Positions 30,212 through 32,000 of a stretch of DNA of 32,000 nucleotides are shown here, piece after piece. The DNA comes from Candidatus Methanoperedens sp. Lineage in GTDB: Archaea > Halobacteriota > Methanosarcinia > Methanosarcinales > Methanoperedenaceae. The position numbers and the translations under genes are program-made. The first letter of the stretch is position 1, and each line of letters opens with the position of its first letter. Where the stretch lies: the NCBI GenBank assembly GCA_027460535.1, contig JAPZAR010000027.1, forward strand, positions 60,001 through 92,000. Direction: 5' to 3'. The notes under the pieces were generated by a model that was given only the letters and a program-made list of their open reading frames with translations, made no database searches and was not told the origin of the DNA.

Positions 30212-31222
30212 ATGGTAATTATGAATAAAGAATCTACTATTTTCAAAAATATAATTGCTGTGCTGCTTATTTTGGGATTGGCGGCAGGAACGGCGAGTGC
30301 GACGCAGGCGCCGGTAAATCTTGGAACAGCCGGAAATTTCGTGATTCTGGCAAAAACAGGAATCTCAACCACTGGAACGACCTCGATTGTTGGAGATATC
30401 GGAGTGAGCCCAATCGCCAGCACTGCCATAACTGGATTTGGGTTAATAATGGATGCCTCGAATAAATTTTCCACGTCATCTCTAGTGACCGGAAAAGTAT
30501 ATGCAGCCAACTATGCGCCCCCAACTCCATCTACAATGACCACGGCCGTAAGCGACATGCAAACCGCGTACACTGATGCATCCGGACGAACATCACCCGA
30601 TCATACTGAACTGGGTGCCGGAAATATTGGTGGGATGACACTCACTCCTGGTCTTTATAAATGGGGGACCGGGGTTACAATACCCCCCGGTGGAGTCACT
30701 CTATCGGGCGGCGCAAATGATGTCTGGATATTCCAGATAGCGCAAGATCTCACCGTGGCCAACGGTGCTAAAGTTACTCTTAGCGGGGGCGCACAGGCCA
30801 GTAACATCTTCTGGCAGGTCGCCGGCAAAACGACCATTGGAACGACTTCTGACTTCAAGGGAATTATCTTGTCTAAAACGCTGATTTCGCTGAACACCGA
30901 CGCAACGCTAGACGGCAGAGCGCTGGCACAGACCGCGGTTACATTAATTGCCAATGTTATCACCGCCCCTGGCGTTAACCCGACAAACACCCCGAGGAGC
31001 ACAGGTGTGGTAACAGGAACTCCGGCTAATCCAACAGTTACGGCTACTCCAGCTAAACTAACAGTTACTGCTACTCCCACTAAATTAACAGTTACGGCTA
31101 CTCCAGCTAAGCCAACAGTTACAACTACTCCGGCACCAACAAATAAGGTACCGGGATTTGAATTTGCACTTGCAATAGCCATACTTTCGGTGGCTTATCT
31201 GTTCGGCAAAAAGAGAAGGTAA
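30212..31222 (+). CDS. Secreted ice-binding-like (DUF3494) protein with a Thr/Pro-rich repeat linker and a PGF-CTERM archaeosortase sorting signal
   Basis: 336-aa ORF with a GGAGG SD. It has a signal peptide (ILGLAAGTASA), the DUF3494 start LGTAGNFVILAKTGISTTGTTSIVGDIGVSP, the tandem repeat TVTATPAKL, and a C-terminal VPGFEFALAIAILSVAYLFGKKRR. Confidence 0.85.
   Translation: MVIMNKESTIFKNIIAVLLILGLAAGTASATQAPVNLGTAGNFVILAKTGISTTGTTSIVGDIGVSPIASTAITGFGLIMDASNKFSTSSLVTGKVYAANYAPPTPSTMTTAVSDMQTAYTDASGRTSPDHTELGAGNIGGMTLTPGLYKWGTGVTIPPGGVTLSGGANDVWIFQIAQDLTVANGAKVTLSGGAQASNIFWQVAGKTTIGTTSDFKGIILSKTLISLNTDATLDGRALAQTAVTLIANVITAPGVNPTNTPRSTGVVTGTPANPTVTATPAKLTVTATPTKLTVTATPAKPTVTTTPAPTNKVPGFEFALAIAILSVAYLFGKKRR
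31034..31141 (+). repeat. Four tandem copies of a 27-bp unit (ACAGTTACGGCTACTCCAGCTAAACTA-like) encoding the (T)VTATPAK(L/P) linker
   Basis: The units at 31034, 31061, 31088 and 31115 are read directly from the sequence. They lie in frame inside the ice-binding-like gene. Confidence 0.9.
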
Positions 31223-31300
31223 GCCCAAGCACTCCTCTGGAGAGAGCACGTCAACCGTTGCACCAGCTGACTTCCCACAACCGTCAGTTGACGCCGTGCA

Positions 31301-31406
31301 CACGTATGCCACCTGGCATATGTGGACGCGTCCTCAAGGGGCGCAACCCTTGACGTATGGCTTACGCCATACGTGGATATCACTGCGCGATATGCCGGCG
31401 GGCATC
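31301..31406. other. GC-rich cluster of palindromic hairpin motifs (three copies of TATGSC-N4-GSCATA plus further stems)
   Basis: The three motif copies are TATGCC-ACCT-GGCATA (31305-31320), TATGGC-TTAC-GCCATA (31356-31371) and TATGCC-GGCG-GGCATC (31391-31406). Further stems are at 31264-31290 and 31329-31355. T-runs follow at 31425-31435. Confidence 0.4.
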
Positions 31407-31676
31407 CGTAATAATTATTATCGTCTTTACTTTTTAACATTATTAAAAATTTCCTATAAATTCCAGAAGTTTTAAACTTTGGCCTCAGTTCTGGCAATAT
31501 TAGCAGTATAGAGCAAAAGCTGGCTCATTTAACAGAGCGGTTGAAAACTCGAAAAAACCGTTCTGGAACTGAAATCTGATCTCTCAGAAATACGGAAAGA
31601 GCCTCTCCGGAAGAACGAAACAACTAGAGCAGGATTGTTTTCGGATTAACTTATCCTATCCGATAACCAGAGGACT

Positions 31677-32000
31677 CTATTTTAAACCCATTTCAGACTG
31701 TTTAAGTTCACTTCTCTTTTTCTCAAGGAACTTATAAACCGGACCGTGAGCAGCACCTTCAAGGAGCATATCGATCCCCTTTCTTGCAACCGCGTTCTGT
31801 TCAGGATATCCGATCAAAGATACGGTTTTTCCATACACGGAAATGTCTGTATTGGTCAGGTTCTCAAAAAGATCCCGTGTCTTTCCGCCACTGCCAATGA
31901 TCCTTCCCCTGATGCGCTCCAGGTCTTTTTCTGTCCTGGCGATATTTGAGAGATCCATTGTTTCGAATATGAGATCTTCGTTATCAAACAGCTTCATGGC
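31677..32000 (-). CDS. KH-domain RNA-binding protein (archaeal Dim2/Pno1-like), C-terminal part; the 5' end is probably beyond the window
   Basis: RIRGRIIGSGGKTRDLFENLTNTDISVYGKTVSLIGYPEQNAVARKGIDMLLEGAAHGPVYKFLEKKRSELK matches the second KH domain and C-terminus of archaeal Dim2-like proteins. The frame is open to the window edge. Confidence 0.8.
   Translation of the reverse strand, partial: AMKLFDNEDLIFETMDLSNIARTEKDLERIRGRIIGSGGKTRDLFENLTNTDISVYGKTVSLIGYPEQNAVARKGIDMLLEGAAHGPVYKFLEKKRSELKQSEMGLK

Noticed and set aside
31034-31141. Possible CRISPR-like array suggested by the regularly spaced 27-bp repeats
   Set aside because: The units are directly adjacent with no spacers. They lie in frame within a coding gene and encode a Thr/Pro linker. 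I saw no other repeat-spacer architecture anywhere in the window.
30181-31312. Antisense and alternate-frame ORFs within the ice-binding-like gene (30181..30510, 30267..30530, 30655..31182, 31085..31312)
   Set aside because: Their repeats (VAVTVGLAGVAVTV...) are simply the reverse reading of the TVTATPAK coding repeats. The plus-strand ORF has an SD, a signal peptide, a DUF3494 pattern and a PGF-CTERM signal.
31195-31497. 100-aa minus-strand ORF across the hairpin cluster
   Set aside because: It has no SD and no recognisable motif. Its sequence is dictated by the palindromic GC-rich repeats, so a structured RNA or repeat element is the better explanation.

Overview
This is an archaeal chromosomal segment, probably from a methanogen or ANME-type member of the Methanosarcinales. 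The evidence is a 915-aa archaeal-type AlaRS, DGGGP synthase, CofD (F420 biosynthesis), an archaeal initiator tRNA with an A1:U72 pair, an intron-containing tRNA, a PGF-CTERM sorting signal, and GGAGGT/GGTGAT Shine-Dalgarno sites. The backbone is housekeeping: hisB, DGGGP synthase, nadA, a CbiA/CfbB-type a,c-diamide synthase, HIT, family-4 UDG, alaS, a TrkA-N/DHH phosphoesterase, dodecin, cofD, an ABC-2 exporter, an aminotransferase, two CAT-anticodon tRNAs, mgtA and a Dim2-like KH protein. Several AT-rich accessory islets interrupt it. (1) 1-3778 holds a radical-SAM/SPASM + methyltransferase + DUF2064 + GT2 + membrane-protein cluster of unknown chemistry. (2) 3780-5040 holds an orphan 2TM protein next to a possible carbamate-kinase gene relic. 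(3) 9980-12940, between udg and alaS, holds two related toxin-antitoxin cassettes (MNT-HEPN plus a small paralog; a frameshifted TumE-like toxin plus the second paralog and an M48 protease). They are separated by a decayed duplicate of the alaS 3' end, which suggests repeated integration into the 3' end of alaS. (4) 23431-25152 holds orphan genes next to a tRNA. (5) 27800-31222 holds small stress-type proteins (YqjD/YqjE-like, lmo0937, BofA, CsbD) and an ice-binding-like (DUF3494) PGF-CTERM surface protein, followed by a GC-rich cluster of palindromic hairpins. I found no CRISPR array, integrase or transposase. All family assignments come from motif recognition by eye on the translations, not from database searches.
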